Shown here piece after piece: positions 29,050 through 38,808 of a DNA stretch of 64,000 bases. Below the pieces are notes generated by a model. The model worked only from the letters and a program-made list of their open reading frames with translations. It had not been told where the DNA came from and did no database searches. How positions within the stretch are numbered: the first letter of the stretch is position 1; each line of letters starts with the position of its first letter. Position numbers and translations under genes: made by a program. This DNA is from a virus. The stretch lies in the IMG/VR virus record IMGVR_UViG_3300037549_000096. One strand, given 5' to 3'.

Positions 29050-29673
29050 TTAAGTATGAATCTCCCAAGAACAGCTTTCCGAGTGCCAAATAATGCCACC
29101 GTTCATAAGCTGCTTACCATCCCTGGAAATGACCCAATACAGGCTACGGGGCGCGATATCCTTCATGAAGTATAAGTCTATCGCATCATCATAACCACCG
29201 CTACTATTTTTAGCGATTTGCCTAACCCTATCAAGATAAGGTAAAATTCCTTCTAATTCACAAGTTTCCTTAGCTTGGTCTACAATTGTTTCGTTTACGT
29301 TAGGTTTTGCTTTCTCTAAACTATCTAAGAAAGCTGGAAGCAAATCTAGTTCAATTTCTGGATCTAAGTTTAAAACTTTGTTAAATTCAACGAAAAGTTC
29401 TTTTTCTCTAAAAGGAATATATATTTGCTTACAGTTTTCACTTATATCTACAAAACGTAAAGAAGTTCCTGTAAATTGAAGTAAATGATAATTATCACAA
29501 TAAAACGGACAGAATCCTTTTTCGTTTAACATATGTAAGAGTTCTGCTTGACTGATATAGAAATCTTGATAATAAGGTTGACCTTTTTCTTTATATAGAA
29601 TTCTGAAATTAGTAGAATTTTGTTTTGTGATACTAAATATTTCTAAATGTAAAACTGTTTTAATGTCAGGCAT
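29050..29673 (-). CDS. Hypothetical protein
   Basis: 207-aa ORF with AGGAG RBS. Confidence 0.7.
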   Translation of the reverse strand: MPDIKTVLHLEIFSITKQNSTNFRILYKEKGQPYYQDFYISQAELLHMLNEKGFCPFYCDNYHLLQFTGTSLRFVDISENCKQIYIPFREKELFVEFNKVLNLDPEIELDLLPAFLDSLEKAKPNVNETIVDQAKETCELEGILPYLDRVRQIAKNSSGGYDDAIDLYFMKDIAPRSLYWVISRDGKQLMNGGIIWHSESCSWEIHT

Positions 29674-29681
29674 ACATACTC

Positions 29682-30170
29682 CTATAAAACTTCAGCCAGA
29701 AGATCATATACATGCATCTTCTCTGTTTTAGTATTTCTTGAAAAACGGTATTTACCAATAGCGAATACACTATGCTTACAAACGCCATTATATAAATAAG
29801 AATATTGTACATTGATAGCGCGAGCAACAGCAGCTAGATTGTTAAATACACAATTTTTTCCATTGACGGTATTTAAAAGAAGCCATTGATTATGATTATG
29901 ATCATTTTTAATAGGAGTATCATTCTTAGGTACACCCTTAAATCCGGTTAATTTACCTTTAACAAAGGTTTCTGTTTTAATCGGATTATAAGAATTGTGC
30001 GTAATAGTGAATTGGTAATTATTAAAGAATTTTTCAGTCAAAATTTTTTTTTTAATAAAAGCATAAAAATGTTTATTTTGATCAGGAAAATGAATATCAA
30101 GTTCCTTATCTAAAAGTTTATCTTCAAACGAATGCTGTTCTTGAGTACCTTTATTTAAGAGACTATACAT
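29682..30170 (-). CDS. Hypothetical protein with a possible NUMOD1-like DNA-binding motif
   Basis: FNNLAAVARAINV motif. GGAG RBS. Confidence 0.5.
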   Translation of the reverse strand: MYSLLNKGTQEQHSFEDKLLDKELDIHFPDQNKHFYAFIKKKILTEKFFNNYQFTITHNSYNPIKTETFVKGKLTGFKGVPKNDTPIKNDHNHNQWLLLNTVNGKNCVFNNLAAVARAINVQYSYLYNGVCKHSVFAIGKYRFSRNTKTEKMHVYDLLAEVL

Positions 30171-30461
30171 TTATACACTCCGTTTTAACTTTCCTGCTAA
30201 ATGAGGAAAATTATCGTTAGATTGTCAAAGAAATTAAAAATTAATTAGCACATTTAGAAAACATATATTTTGTCAAAGCTTTCATGGCTTTCTTTTCTTC
30301 AATTTGGTTTATGTTTAAAAGATCATTTAATTCTTTTTCATTAATACATAATAAATGTTTATCTTGATCTAAAGCAAAAACATATCCGATTCTATTCTCT
30401 TCTGGAATTTTTTCAGCTAATTCAGGAATTAATTCTTTAAGTTTAGCATAAGTTAATAACA

Positions 30462-31091
30462 TTAAATTTCACCTAAAATTAATTCCTTAAAATAAGGTAA
30501 TTCTTCGATAGATTTACAAATTACTTCTCTCCATTCAGGCATTCTATGATCTTTGCGATAATAATAAATATTTGCTAAAACTTGATAACTAAATCCACGA
30601 TTACGTCTTTGTAGCCAACCTTCGGGAAGACAAGCTTTAAGAACTTCAATAGGAATTTCTTGGCGTGAACCATATCGCTTTACAAGTTTTTCGATATTAT
30701 TTGTAAATTGTTCCATAACGAATTCAGGAGTATAGTCTACAAACATATCATAAGAAATATCTTTAGATTCTTTTAAAAGCGTGTACATTGTAGATTCAGA
30801 GCTAATCATATCTACGCCAACTGAGTAAGTATCTAATTCAGCCCACACACTCCTTGGCATATTAATATTAAACCAAGCTGTAATACCACGTTGAAACTTA
30901 CCGTGAACTGGACCTTGTTTAAGAAGTTTAACTGCTAATGCGATATCTTTAGACCCAAGTTTAATTCCAGGTGATTTGATATCTCTTGCATAAAGAATTT
31001 CAGAATCACCTTTAGATTTAGTAGGATATCTCATTCCTTCAATAGAAGCAATAAATCCACCAACTTCGATTAAATCAAAACAAACATTCAT
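30462..31091 (-). CDS. Divergent ThyX-like (flavin-dependent thymidylate synthase fold) protein
   Basis: KLLKQGPVHGKFQR, MPRSVWAELDTY, SESTM, LPEGWLQRR..SYQVL..IY..R..H...EW. Canonical RHR motif is absent. Confidence 0.55.
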   Translation of the reverse strand: MNVCFDLIEVGGFIASIEGMRYPTKSKGDSEILYARDIKSPGIKLGSKDIALAVKLLKQGPVHGKFQRGITAWFNINMPRSVWAELDTYSVGVDMISSESTMYTLLKESKDISYDMFVDYTPEFVMEQFTNNIEKLVKRYGSRQEIPIEVLKACLPEGWLQRRNRGFSYQVLANIYYYRKDHRMPEWREVICKSIEELPYFKELILGEI

Positions 31092-31311
31092 TTGTCAAAC
31101 TCCGGTTTAACTCCAGTTACAGGATCATTAATTGCTTCTGTAAAACTTTTATTTAATTCACAAGAACCTTCTTGATAACCTGCTTCACTTACATTTGGAA
31201 AATTAATTTCACCTTCTTTAAACATTGCGATTGCTTTATCTAAAGAATCAGCTTCTACAGTTTGTTCAAAATCATAAGTTTCTGACCACGCTAATCTAAA
31301 TCGAGTCATAA

Positions 31312-32487
31312 TTATGTCCTATATTTCCAAGGTTCTTTTACACCACGTTCTTTAGCAGTTTCATCCCATGATCTAGGTTTTTCAGGATACTCATGAGATA
31401 AAACATTACTATCAGGTGGAACTAAGAAACTAATTCCAGATGTAGATTTATCTGGAATTATTCTTTTCCAGAAATTAACATTAATTTGTTCTGGATAATT
31501 CGTGAATTCAGTTTTTTCTATATGAACAATATTTGTACTAATTTTACGTTTACGTAAGTTGCCATATACGTCAACACATGTTAAAAATCCTTCTGAATCT
31601 GCTTCACCAATGTAATGACATTGCCAAGATAAAGCTTCAGACACATCATTAATTAATTCACCTTCTTCATCACGTAAATCTTTAGGATCAATATTTTCAG
31701 CCATGTAAGTAACTGAATATAAAGTCCAAGAATGAAAGTATTTTTGAGCTAATACTTTACAAGCACCCTGTAACATTAATTCGTATTCTTTTGTTTCTTT
31801 CTGCCATCGTTCATATTCTTCTTTAACAATTAGCTGAAATTTTGTATTTTCTTCAGTTACTCGTTTATTTTCGATTTCAGCATCAACAATAACCCTATTA
31901 AGGGTTGTCAATGCTTCCGTATATTCTTCTTCAGAAAGAAATACTTTATCTGCCTCAAGTTGTCCAAGTAGCTGTAAAGCTCTTGAAGCACCGCTATAAT
32001 TACGCGGAATTTCATTCTTCCAGAAATAAGGTTTTGATTTTTTTAACTCTTCAATACGCTTACCAATAATAGTAGAAAGATTGCCGATTAACTTACGTTC
32101 ATTATCTGTCTGAATCTTATTTCGTTCATTTAAAGCGTTTAACGTATCTCTTGGAACAGTAATAAGAAAACGAGCAAGTGTTTCATTACCTAATCTAAGA
32201 TAAGTATCTTGAGCGCATGTACTATTAATACCTACGCTTATTGAAACTGTAATAGAAACACTATCATAGATTAATACAGCTTTATAATTAACATAATCAC
32301 CATTAGGTGTTAGTTCAAGAAAATCAAAAGAGTTAGTAATTTCTTTAGAAAATACGTTTAATAAATCTTCTTTTAAATCTCTAATTTTTAGCAATCGTTG
32401 TTCCGCGAGTAATGCTTCTCGCTTTTTATTGTCTTCATTTATTTGTAAAGCTGCATCTACTAATGGATTAGACATACCTTCTCTCAA
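31312..32487 (-). CDS. Hypothetical coiled-coil protein
   Basis: 391-aa ORF. Confidence 0.75.
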   Translation of the reverse strand: MREGMSNPLVDAALQINEDNKKREALLAEQRLLKIRDLKEDLLNVFSKEITNSFDFLELTPNGDYVNYKAVLIYDSVSITVSISVGINSTCAQDTYLRLGNETLARFLITVPRDTLNALNERNKIQTDNERKLIGNLSTIIGKRIEELKKSKPYFWKNEIPRNYSGASRALQLLGQLEADKVFLSEEEYTEALTTLNRVIVDAEIENKRVTEENTKFQLIVKEEYERWQKETKEYELMLQGACKVLAQKYFHSWTLYSVTYMAENIDPKDLRDEEGELINDVSEALSWQCHYIGEADSEGFLTCVDVYGNLRKRKISTNIVHIEKTEFTNYPEQINVNFWKRIIPDKSTSGISFLVPPDSNVLSHEYPEKPRSWDETAKERGVKEPWKYRT

Positions 32488-32946
32488 TCATATCCCAATA
32501 AAGATGATTTGGATCACGAGTAATAACTTCGCCAGCAATAAAAGTCCCATTTAAAAGATTAGTTTCGACTTCTAGAAATCTAATAATACTAGGATCATTA
32601 GGATGATTAATAAATACACCCTTAAATTCTTTTTCTTTATTTAAAGCCATGATTCCTGGCATTACCTTTAACTCAGGTGGAGAAGGAACCATTTTACCTT
32701 CTGCACGTTGTTTAACTCTTTCAATAAAATTAGTTAAACAAATATCTATACCCGCATCTTTATTATCACAAGGAATAATGGTTGGAACAAAATGATCCAT
32801 AGGAATATTTGTATTCCACCAAGCCTTACAGCCCATAATTTGTTCGGAAGTAATGCCATAATCATTATAAGCTTGTTCTAATGTGATTAAAACATGTTCT
32901 GGTAAATAATAAAATAACTCTAAACCATCATACCAAAAAGGTAGAC

Positions 32947-33588
32947 TCATAGATTCTCCACAATCCATTTCTTGAATTCTTCAAATGAATTAAACTCTGC
33001 TTCAAAATGATCAGGAACAGCTTCAGTTTTAGCATTAGCGTATTTTAAGCGCAAAGGCATTAACAAAGATACACTAATTCTAAATTTTCCATTCTTTACG
33101 AATACGCTAAAACCTCTAGGCTGAGTTACATCCTTACTATAGTCTATTTTGTTCCCAGGTTCATTAGTTCGTGGACTCAAGAAAATAGAAGTCATAATAT
33201 GATTTGAGTTTAAAGAATCAAATAACAACTTACCTGTAGTCTTAAGATCTACATCATCGATAAAGAAGTTCATCGGTTTAGCAATTTTAGGAGATTCAGG
33301 TGAAGTTAAGAACTTAATCTTATCTCTATCAGTTACTACCCAATCAGGATAATCAATTTGGGTAAGATCAAGTGAATTACCAGTAGTAGTTCTAATCTTC
33401 TTTTCAGGTGGAATAATATTATTACCGTGAAAATATTGTCGAGTTTTCTTAATTTTCTTAAAAAGAACAAAACCTTCTAACGATTCTTCCAACTCACTAG
33501 CATCAAAATCTCTAAATCTATCAGTCAGATCAGCAATTGTATAACAACCCTTGTCAATAAACTCAAGGACAGGTTTGAATTCATCCAT
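32947..33588 (-). CDS. Protein with a probable N-terminal winged helix
   Basis: VLEFI....TIADL..RF.......L...L..FV...KI pattern, like the other wHTH modules here. Confidence 0.5.
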   Translation of the reverse strand: MDEFKPVLEFIDKGCYTIADLTDRFRDFDASELEESLEGFVLFKKIKKTRQYFHGNNIIPPEKKIRTTTGNSLDLTQIDYPDWVVTDRDKIKFLTSPESPKIAKPMNFFIDDVDLKTTGKLLFDSLNSNHIMTSIFLSPRTNEPGNKIDYSKDVTQPRGFSVFVKNGKFRISVSLLMPLRLKYANAKTEAVPDHFEAEFNSFEEFKKWIVENL

Positions 33589-33922
33589 TTGTAAATCTCC
33601 GTTTTATGTAAATAACACATTCTTCATAATTTTGAAATATGATAGTATCATCTTGTTCAAAGTTAAGTTTAATTAATCCATCCCCTACTTGAGAAAATTC
33701 ATATTCACCATCTTTCAATGATTTATCTAAATTTAAAGGTAAACTATATTTTCTAGCTCTACCTTTACCAGTAGGGATTAGTTTGTTATTTTGAACAAGA
33801 ATTTGAAACAAAGCTTTATTAGAATCCGTATTAGGAATTGAAGCTTCTAAAAAAAGCTCTGTCTTGCTTAAGGCTTTACCTTCAGCAAGCGCATGTCTTA
33901 TTCTATCGAATACTGAAAGCAT
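33581..33922 (-). CDS. Winged-helix protein (start probably 33922)
   Basis: LVQNNKLIPTGKGRARKYSL wing motif. Confidence 0.65.
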   Translation of the reverse strand: MLSVFDRIRHALAEGKALSKTELFLEASIPNTDSNKALFQILVQNNKLIPTGKGRARKYSLPLNLDKSLKDGEYEFSQVGDGLIKLNFEQDDTIIFQNYEECVIYIKRRFTNG

Positions 33923-34996
33923 TTCGCGCTTCCGTTCGGCGTTTAGTAGCTGCTGCAATTGAACCGATATAACCAAGTTTATTCAAACATTGAGTGCAAT
34001 ACATTCCATCATTTTTATTATGATCTATATAGTGAACTAAATGTGTTTTATCTTTATTACAACTATGGCAAGTATTATGCATTATTTTATAAGAAGATTT
34101 AGTAATTGAGATCAACAAAGACGTTTCAATTAAAGCATCAATATCTTGTTCATGAATAAAATATTCTTCTAAAGACATTTCAATTGTGTCATTAAATACT
34201 TTAATCTTTTTGCCTTTTTGGGTTAGTTGAACAAAGTTTTTATTTTCTTCATTTTTCTGAATAAGATTAGCTTGTTCTAAACTTTTTGCATAACTAGGAT
34301 TAATCCTAATCCATGTATTAGAGCCAGGAAAAGCTTCTGCTTGTTTAAGTTTTAAAATAGATTTAGCAATGTTTAAATTTTGGTCATCAATGTCCTCGAT
34401 CCAGCATACGTCAATAGTAATCATTCTGTTTCAGTTACAATAGCAATGGCTTCGAGAAGCATTTCATTACTATAATAATCACCAGCAAATTCAGAATAAA
34501 TATAAGCAGGATATTCTTTGACGAAATCTGCCATTACTTGAATTGAGGTAAGATAAGAATTATAGCGATGAGTTAACTTCATATTATTAGAAATAACGTT
34601 TTGAGTATTCGGAATACCAGTTAATGCAACATAACGAGAAATGGCGTAACGAATAAGATTCTCATTCTTATAAGTCAGATTTTCTTCTTCATCAACGGTA
34701 ATAAAACTAAATACACTTTCTTTACGTCCAAGGTTAACTAAAGCTGTCCAACGTTCATTTTCAGGATATGTGTCATCACTAATGAATGTATTAACAAATT
34801 CATCTATACGTTTATTGTCATGTTTAATAAGTTCAACTAATTGAATTAAATTAGTTTCTGGAAATTTAGCAATAATCTTAGACAAAGACATATCACTGTT
34901 AATTGAAGCTTTGATTGCAACATTATTCATGTTAACTCCTTGGTTATTATTAAATTTAGGTATCAGTTGTATTAAATTTTCAACCATTTTATACTC

Positions 34997-35572
34997 CTAA
35001 CGGATACCTAAAGACAAACGCCCATAAATAAATAAAGTTGCCAATGAATCATGTAAAGCCCGGTGTGCTTGTTCATTTTTGTAGCCTAAATAGTTTGCTA
35101 CTTCACCAAGTTTCATAGATTGAATGGGCAACTTTGCGGCTTTACTTTGTTCTAATGTACAACGAATTACAGATTCCCATTGATTAAAGTTCATTCCAAT
35201 TCTGAAAAAGTTATGTCTTAGAATTCTTGTATCAAATTTAGAATTATGCATTGTAATGATTTTTGTACCATCTAACCAATCTTCAAACTTTGAGAATACT
35301 TCCTGATCTTCAGGAGCATTTATTACCATATCATTTGTTATTCCCGTTATCTCTGTAATCTTTGGAGGAATTGGAATACCGGGATTAACCAATGAACTAA
35401 ACTCAATATAATTTACACTCAATCCATCGTAAATAAAACCAGAAGCACCAATTTCTATAATGCGAGCATTATTAGAAAAATCAGTACATTCTACGTCAAC
35501 TGATACAACTTTAGTTATATAAGGATTTTTATCAAAGAATTCCTCATACAAACTTAATAGTGCTGGGTTCAT
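34997..35572 (-). CDS. DEDDh 3'-5' exonuclease (DnaQ/Pol III epsilon-like)
   Basis: ExoI DVECT, ExoII HNSKFD, ExoIII AHRALHD, and ITEITGIT. Confidence 0.92.
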   Translation of the reverse strand: MNPALLSLYEEFFDKNPYITKVVSVDVECTDFSNNARIIEIGASGFIYDGLSVNYIEFSSLVNPGIPIPPKITEITGITNDMVINAPEDQEVFSKFEDWLDGTKIITMHNSKFDTRILRHNFFRIGMNFNQWESVIRCTLEQSKAAKLPIQSMKLGEVANYLGYKNEQAHRALHDSLATLFIYGRLSLGIR

Positions 35573-35592
35573 GTATAACCCTCCTTATTAAT

Positions 35593-35620
35593 AGTGTATA
35601 CGGAATCCATAAATAGTCAA
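35593..35620 (-). promoter_or_regulatory. Putative sigma70-type promoter
   Basis: TTGACT-16 bp-TACACT directly after the terminator, then an AAGGAGG RBS. Confidence 0.5.
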
Positions 35621-35621
35621 G

Positions 35622-35651
35622 AAAAAGGGGAGCCCGAAGACTCCCCTTTTT
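35622..35651 (-). terminator. Strong intrinsic terminator with cUUCGg tetraloop
   Basis: Minus strand aaaaaggggagtc-ttcg-ggctccccttttt. Confidence 0.92.
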
Positions 35652-35667
35652 CTGTAAACCGAATTAT

Positions 35668-36198
35668 TTATTCAGTAACTGCCTCAACTTCAGGTTCACC
35701 AGCTTCTTCCTCGCTAGTAGGAAGATCGATGCCCATCTTTTCGCAAATCTCAGTAGCCTTAGCTTCGGAAATCTCGACATAAGCCTTATAAACACCTTCC
35801 TCAAGGCGAGGAACGCCAGCCATCAGATCACGAATCCAGCTAGAATCGCGCTTACCAGTCTTATTAGAACGATAAGTAATGTTAGACTTCAGTTCCTCAA
35901 CGAATTCAGCAACACTAGGCTTCAGTTCAAGCACAGTGGTAAGAACCAGTTCAACATCAGTCTGTGAACGCTTGCTAACCAGACCCTCGCTACGACCTAC
36001 GCGAGTAATTACGGCGTAAAGCTTCTGCTTCGCCTTAGTAGCATTCAGATTGAGCTTGTTAGCAAGCTGATTAATAAGCTTCTGCTCATTAACGAGCTTG
36101 ACCAGACCTTCAAAACGGCCTTGAAGATCAGACTTAGCCTTGCGGGTCCGACGCTTTGCGGCAGGAGCCTTAGAAGTAGTAGCAGTAGCAGTAGCCAT
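35668..36198 (-). CDS. Probably highly expressed protein with a basic N-terminal tail
   Basis: KAPAAKRRTRKAK tail and acidic C-terminus. Codons are more GC-rich than its neighbours. GGAGG RBS and its own terminator. Confidence 0.75.
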   Translation of the reverse strand: MATATATTSKAPAAKRRTRKAKSDLQGRFEGLVKLVNEQKLINQLANKLNLNATKAKQKLYAVITRVGRSEGLVSKRSQTDVELVLTTVLELKPSVAEFVEELKSNITYRSNKTGKRDSSWIRDLMAGVPRLEEGVYKAYVEISEAKATEICEKMGIDLPTSEEEAGEPEVEAVTE

Positions 36199-36269
36199 TA
36201 GTGGCCTCCAAAATGGATTGTGGTGGATGAAAGTGTAGTGTCTGCGTGATTGACCCTACACAATAAAGT

Positions 36270-36842
36270 CTACGCTTCAGAGTCCTGTGAAGCAAGACAA
36301 TTTTTAGAAGAATAGAACAATCCGCCATTTTTAGGCGGAGTTGGCAAGCCGAACTGCCTTTTTTGATAACGGCCTTCATATACTGCGGTATTACCAATGA
36401 GGTCTAAAAAGGTGAACTGACCGATCCTCATGCCCTCGTAAATGCGGATTGGATTGGTTGATACCATTTCGAGGGTTACAGAACCATCAAAGCCAGGATC
36501 GATCCATCCAGCGGTTACATGAACAGTTAGACCTAAACGGCCTATAGTAGATTTTCCTTCTGCTGTTGCTACTATATTAGAAGGCAACTTAAGAGATTCT
36601 ATTGTAGACCCAAGATATAGCTTACTTGGAATCATAATAAAACCATCTTCGGGAATTTCAATCTCTTCCCAAGGCAAGTTAGAAATATCTTTAGCATCAA
36701 TAGTAGTATTTAAAGGTAAACAAAGTAAATGTTTAGATAATCTAAAATCAATACTAGCCGGAGAAATTAGCGCACGTTCACCTCCCATGATGACGCCATT
36801 GTTAATGAATTCATTAATACAATCAGAACCTAAACACGACAT
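36270..36842 (-). CDS. dcd: dCTP deaminase
   Basis: PASIDFRL, EGKSTIGRLGL, AGWIDPGFDGSVTLE, RIGQF, YEGRYQ. Confidence 0.92.
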   Translation of the reverse strand: MSCLGSDCINEFINNGVIMGGERALISPASIDFRLSKHLLCLPLNTTIDAKDISNLPWEEIEIPEDGFIMIPSKLYLGSTIESLKLPSNIVATAEGKSTIGRLGLTVHVTAGWIDPGFDGSVTLEMVSTNPIRIYEGMRIGQFTFLDLIGNTAVYEGRYQKRQFGLPTPPKNGGLFYSSKNCLASQDSEA

Positions 36843-36851
36843 AAGACTCCT

Positions 36852-37898
36852 TTATACACGACACAAAACGCCCATAATTTTAGTACTATCATTTACGGCT
36901 TGAAGTAATCTCATATCTTTTCCAGCACATAACTTTAAAATATCATTTTTCAAAAATAGTTTTGACGAACTAGCTTTGAAAAAATCAGCTACTACTGCAC
37001 AGTTAAAAATTAAATCGGAATTATCTACTTTGATTTGAGTACTGCCTACTTCAGTTATTCCTATTAGTAAATCTTTCTTAAACTCTAATCGAACATAATG
37101 ATTAGGATTTAATACTGATAATTCTTCCGCTTTCTTTAATGTAATTAATTTTTCACAAAAACCTAAAAACTCATCACTACTAATACTTATAACAGAATTA
37201 TTGGTTTTTTGCACTTCACTAAATAACATTTCAAATTTAGGTATAGTTTTAGAAGAAGTAGAAATCATAACCCATTCTTCATCATTTTTAAAATACAATC
37301 TCCTATTATCCACACAATATGCATCAATGTTACTAGTGACTTTTTGTAATAACTTTAATTCTACAGCTATATTTATATCTGTTTCTGTTGTTTCAAAAAT
37401 AGAAACAGAACGAGATAGTTGACAAATATCATTTCCTTTAATTACAATTAAATCTTCAAAGTCTTTATCCATTCCTTTTACAGTTTTAAAGTGCATTCCC
37501 CTAATTGTTATTAATTTTTCCTCAAAATTAGGAGGAACAGGTATCCAGTTTTGAGGTTTTGGTATATAGAACACAGTGTCTACATCCATTATTGGAATAG
37601 CTGCTTTATCTTCTTCATTTTCCATAGAAAGTTTATTTTTATTAATCTTAATTTCTATGTTAGCATTTGAGTCAAATACTTTAAGAGCAGCTTCAAGAGC
37701 AAAAATGTTAACTGCACATTCCATATCTTTCATATCTACACTTAAAATAGTATTAATACAAATACCAGTCATACCATTACTGGCTCGTAATTCAAAAATA
37801 CCATTTTTAACCTTAAATACACAGTTCTGAGCAAAATCGCCTTTTCCTGAAAATTCGCATCCTCTTGTTACAATTTTTCTAAGAACACTACTTAACAT
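36852..37898 (-). CDS. DNA polymerase beta sliding-clamp-like protein
   Basis: About 350 aa with a repeating beta/alpha pattern. FELRASNG..GI resembles the DnaN N-terminus, and it sits among replication genes. Confidence 0.55.
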   Translation of the reverse strand: MLSSVLRKIVTRGCEFSGKGDFAQNCVFKVKNGIFELRASNGMTGICINTILSVDMKDMECAVNIFALEAALKVFDSNANIEIKINKNKLSMENEEDKAAIPIMDVDTVFYIPKPQNWIPVPPNFEEKLITIRGMHFKTVKGMDKDFEDLIVIKGNDICQLSRSVSIFETTETDINIAVELKLLQKVTSNIDAYCVDNRRLYFKNDEEWVMISTSSKTIPKFEMLFSEVQKTNNSVISISSDEFLGFCEKLITLKKAEELSVLNPNHYVRLEFKKDLLIGITEVGSTQIKVDNSDLIFNCAVVADFFKASSSKLFLKNDILKLCAGKDMRLLQAVNDSTKIMGVLCRV

Positions 37899-38808
37899 AA
37901 TTGCTCCTAGAAATTAATTCATTTATATATTCTTCTAAATTATCACTTTCAGTATAAGGGATAATTAGAAGAATAATATTGTTTTCTTTTGCATAACGTA
38001 CTTTTGATTCGTCTCTTTCTAATTGTTGTATAAAATCTTCTTTAGTTTTATAATATCGATTAGGATATTCATAATGCTGATAACCATGATATTCAAAAGC
38101 TATTTTACGTTCTGCGTTATAACCGTCCCATTCAAACCTTTGATCAACTTCATAAAATCTAGTTTTTTTAAATTCTATGTTTAGTTTTTGTTCTAATAAT
38201 TGTTTACATAATTTTTCTGTTTTAAAAGAAGCACATTCAGGACACCATTGATTGTAAAATTTAACATTATTCCATCTTGCTTCCCATTGATGTTTTTCTT
38301 TACATTCCCAAATCACATTCGTTGAATTGTTAATGTAATTTTCAGTAATTAAACGACCTTCTTTACTTAATGCATATTCTTGTAAATCTTTTATATCTCC
38401 ACGATACAAAAGACTTAATTTTACATCAGAACACATAGGACACCAAGCATCACGATATTTAAGATTACCGTAATCTGATTCCCATTGATGACCTTGTTCA
38501 CATTCCCATAGTAAATGACTACGTGCATTAACGTATTCGGTAGAAATTAATTTTCCGCCTTTACGTTTTGCATATTCATGTAATTCACTTATATCTATCT
38601 GTTTTTTTGTAGAATTTCTTTCAAATGCACAGAATGGACACCAGGAATTTTTATACTTGATGTTATTCCAGGGTGTTTCCCATTGATGTAATTTATCACA
38701 TTCCCATAACAAATTACTATGTGCATTGATATATTCTGTAGAAATTAATCTTCCACATTTATTTATAGCATGTTGCTGTAATATTATTATGTCTGTTTTT
38801 CGTTTCAT
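37888..38808 (-). CDS. Homing endonuclease: three WECxxxHxW..WCPxC zinc-ribbon repeats plus a Vsr-like/PD-(D/E)XK nuclease
   Basis: Three clear repeats, then EWDGY..IAFEYHGYQHY..RDESK..LLIIPY. Confidence 0.85.
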   Translation of the reverse strand: MKRKTDIIILQQHAINKCGRLISTEYINAHSNLLWECDKLHQWETPWNNIKYKNSWCPFCAFERNSTKKQIDISELHEYAKRKGGKLISTEYVNARSHLLWECEQGHQWESDYGNLKYRDAWCPMCSDVKLSLLYRGDIKDLQEYALSKEGRLITENYINNSTNVIWECKEKHQWEARWNNVKFYNQWCPECASFKTEKLCKQLLEQKLNIEFKKTRFYEVDQRFEWDGYNAERKIAFEYHGYQHYEYPNRYYKTKEDFIQQLERDESKVRYAKENNIILLIIPYTESDNLEEYINELISRSNYVK

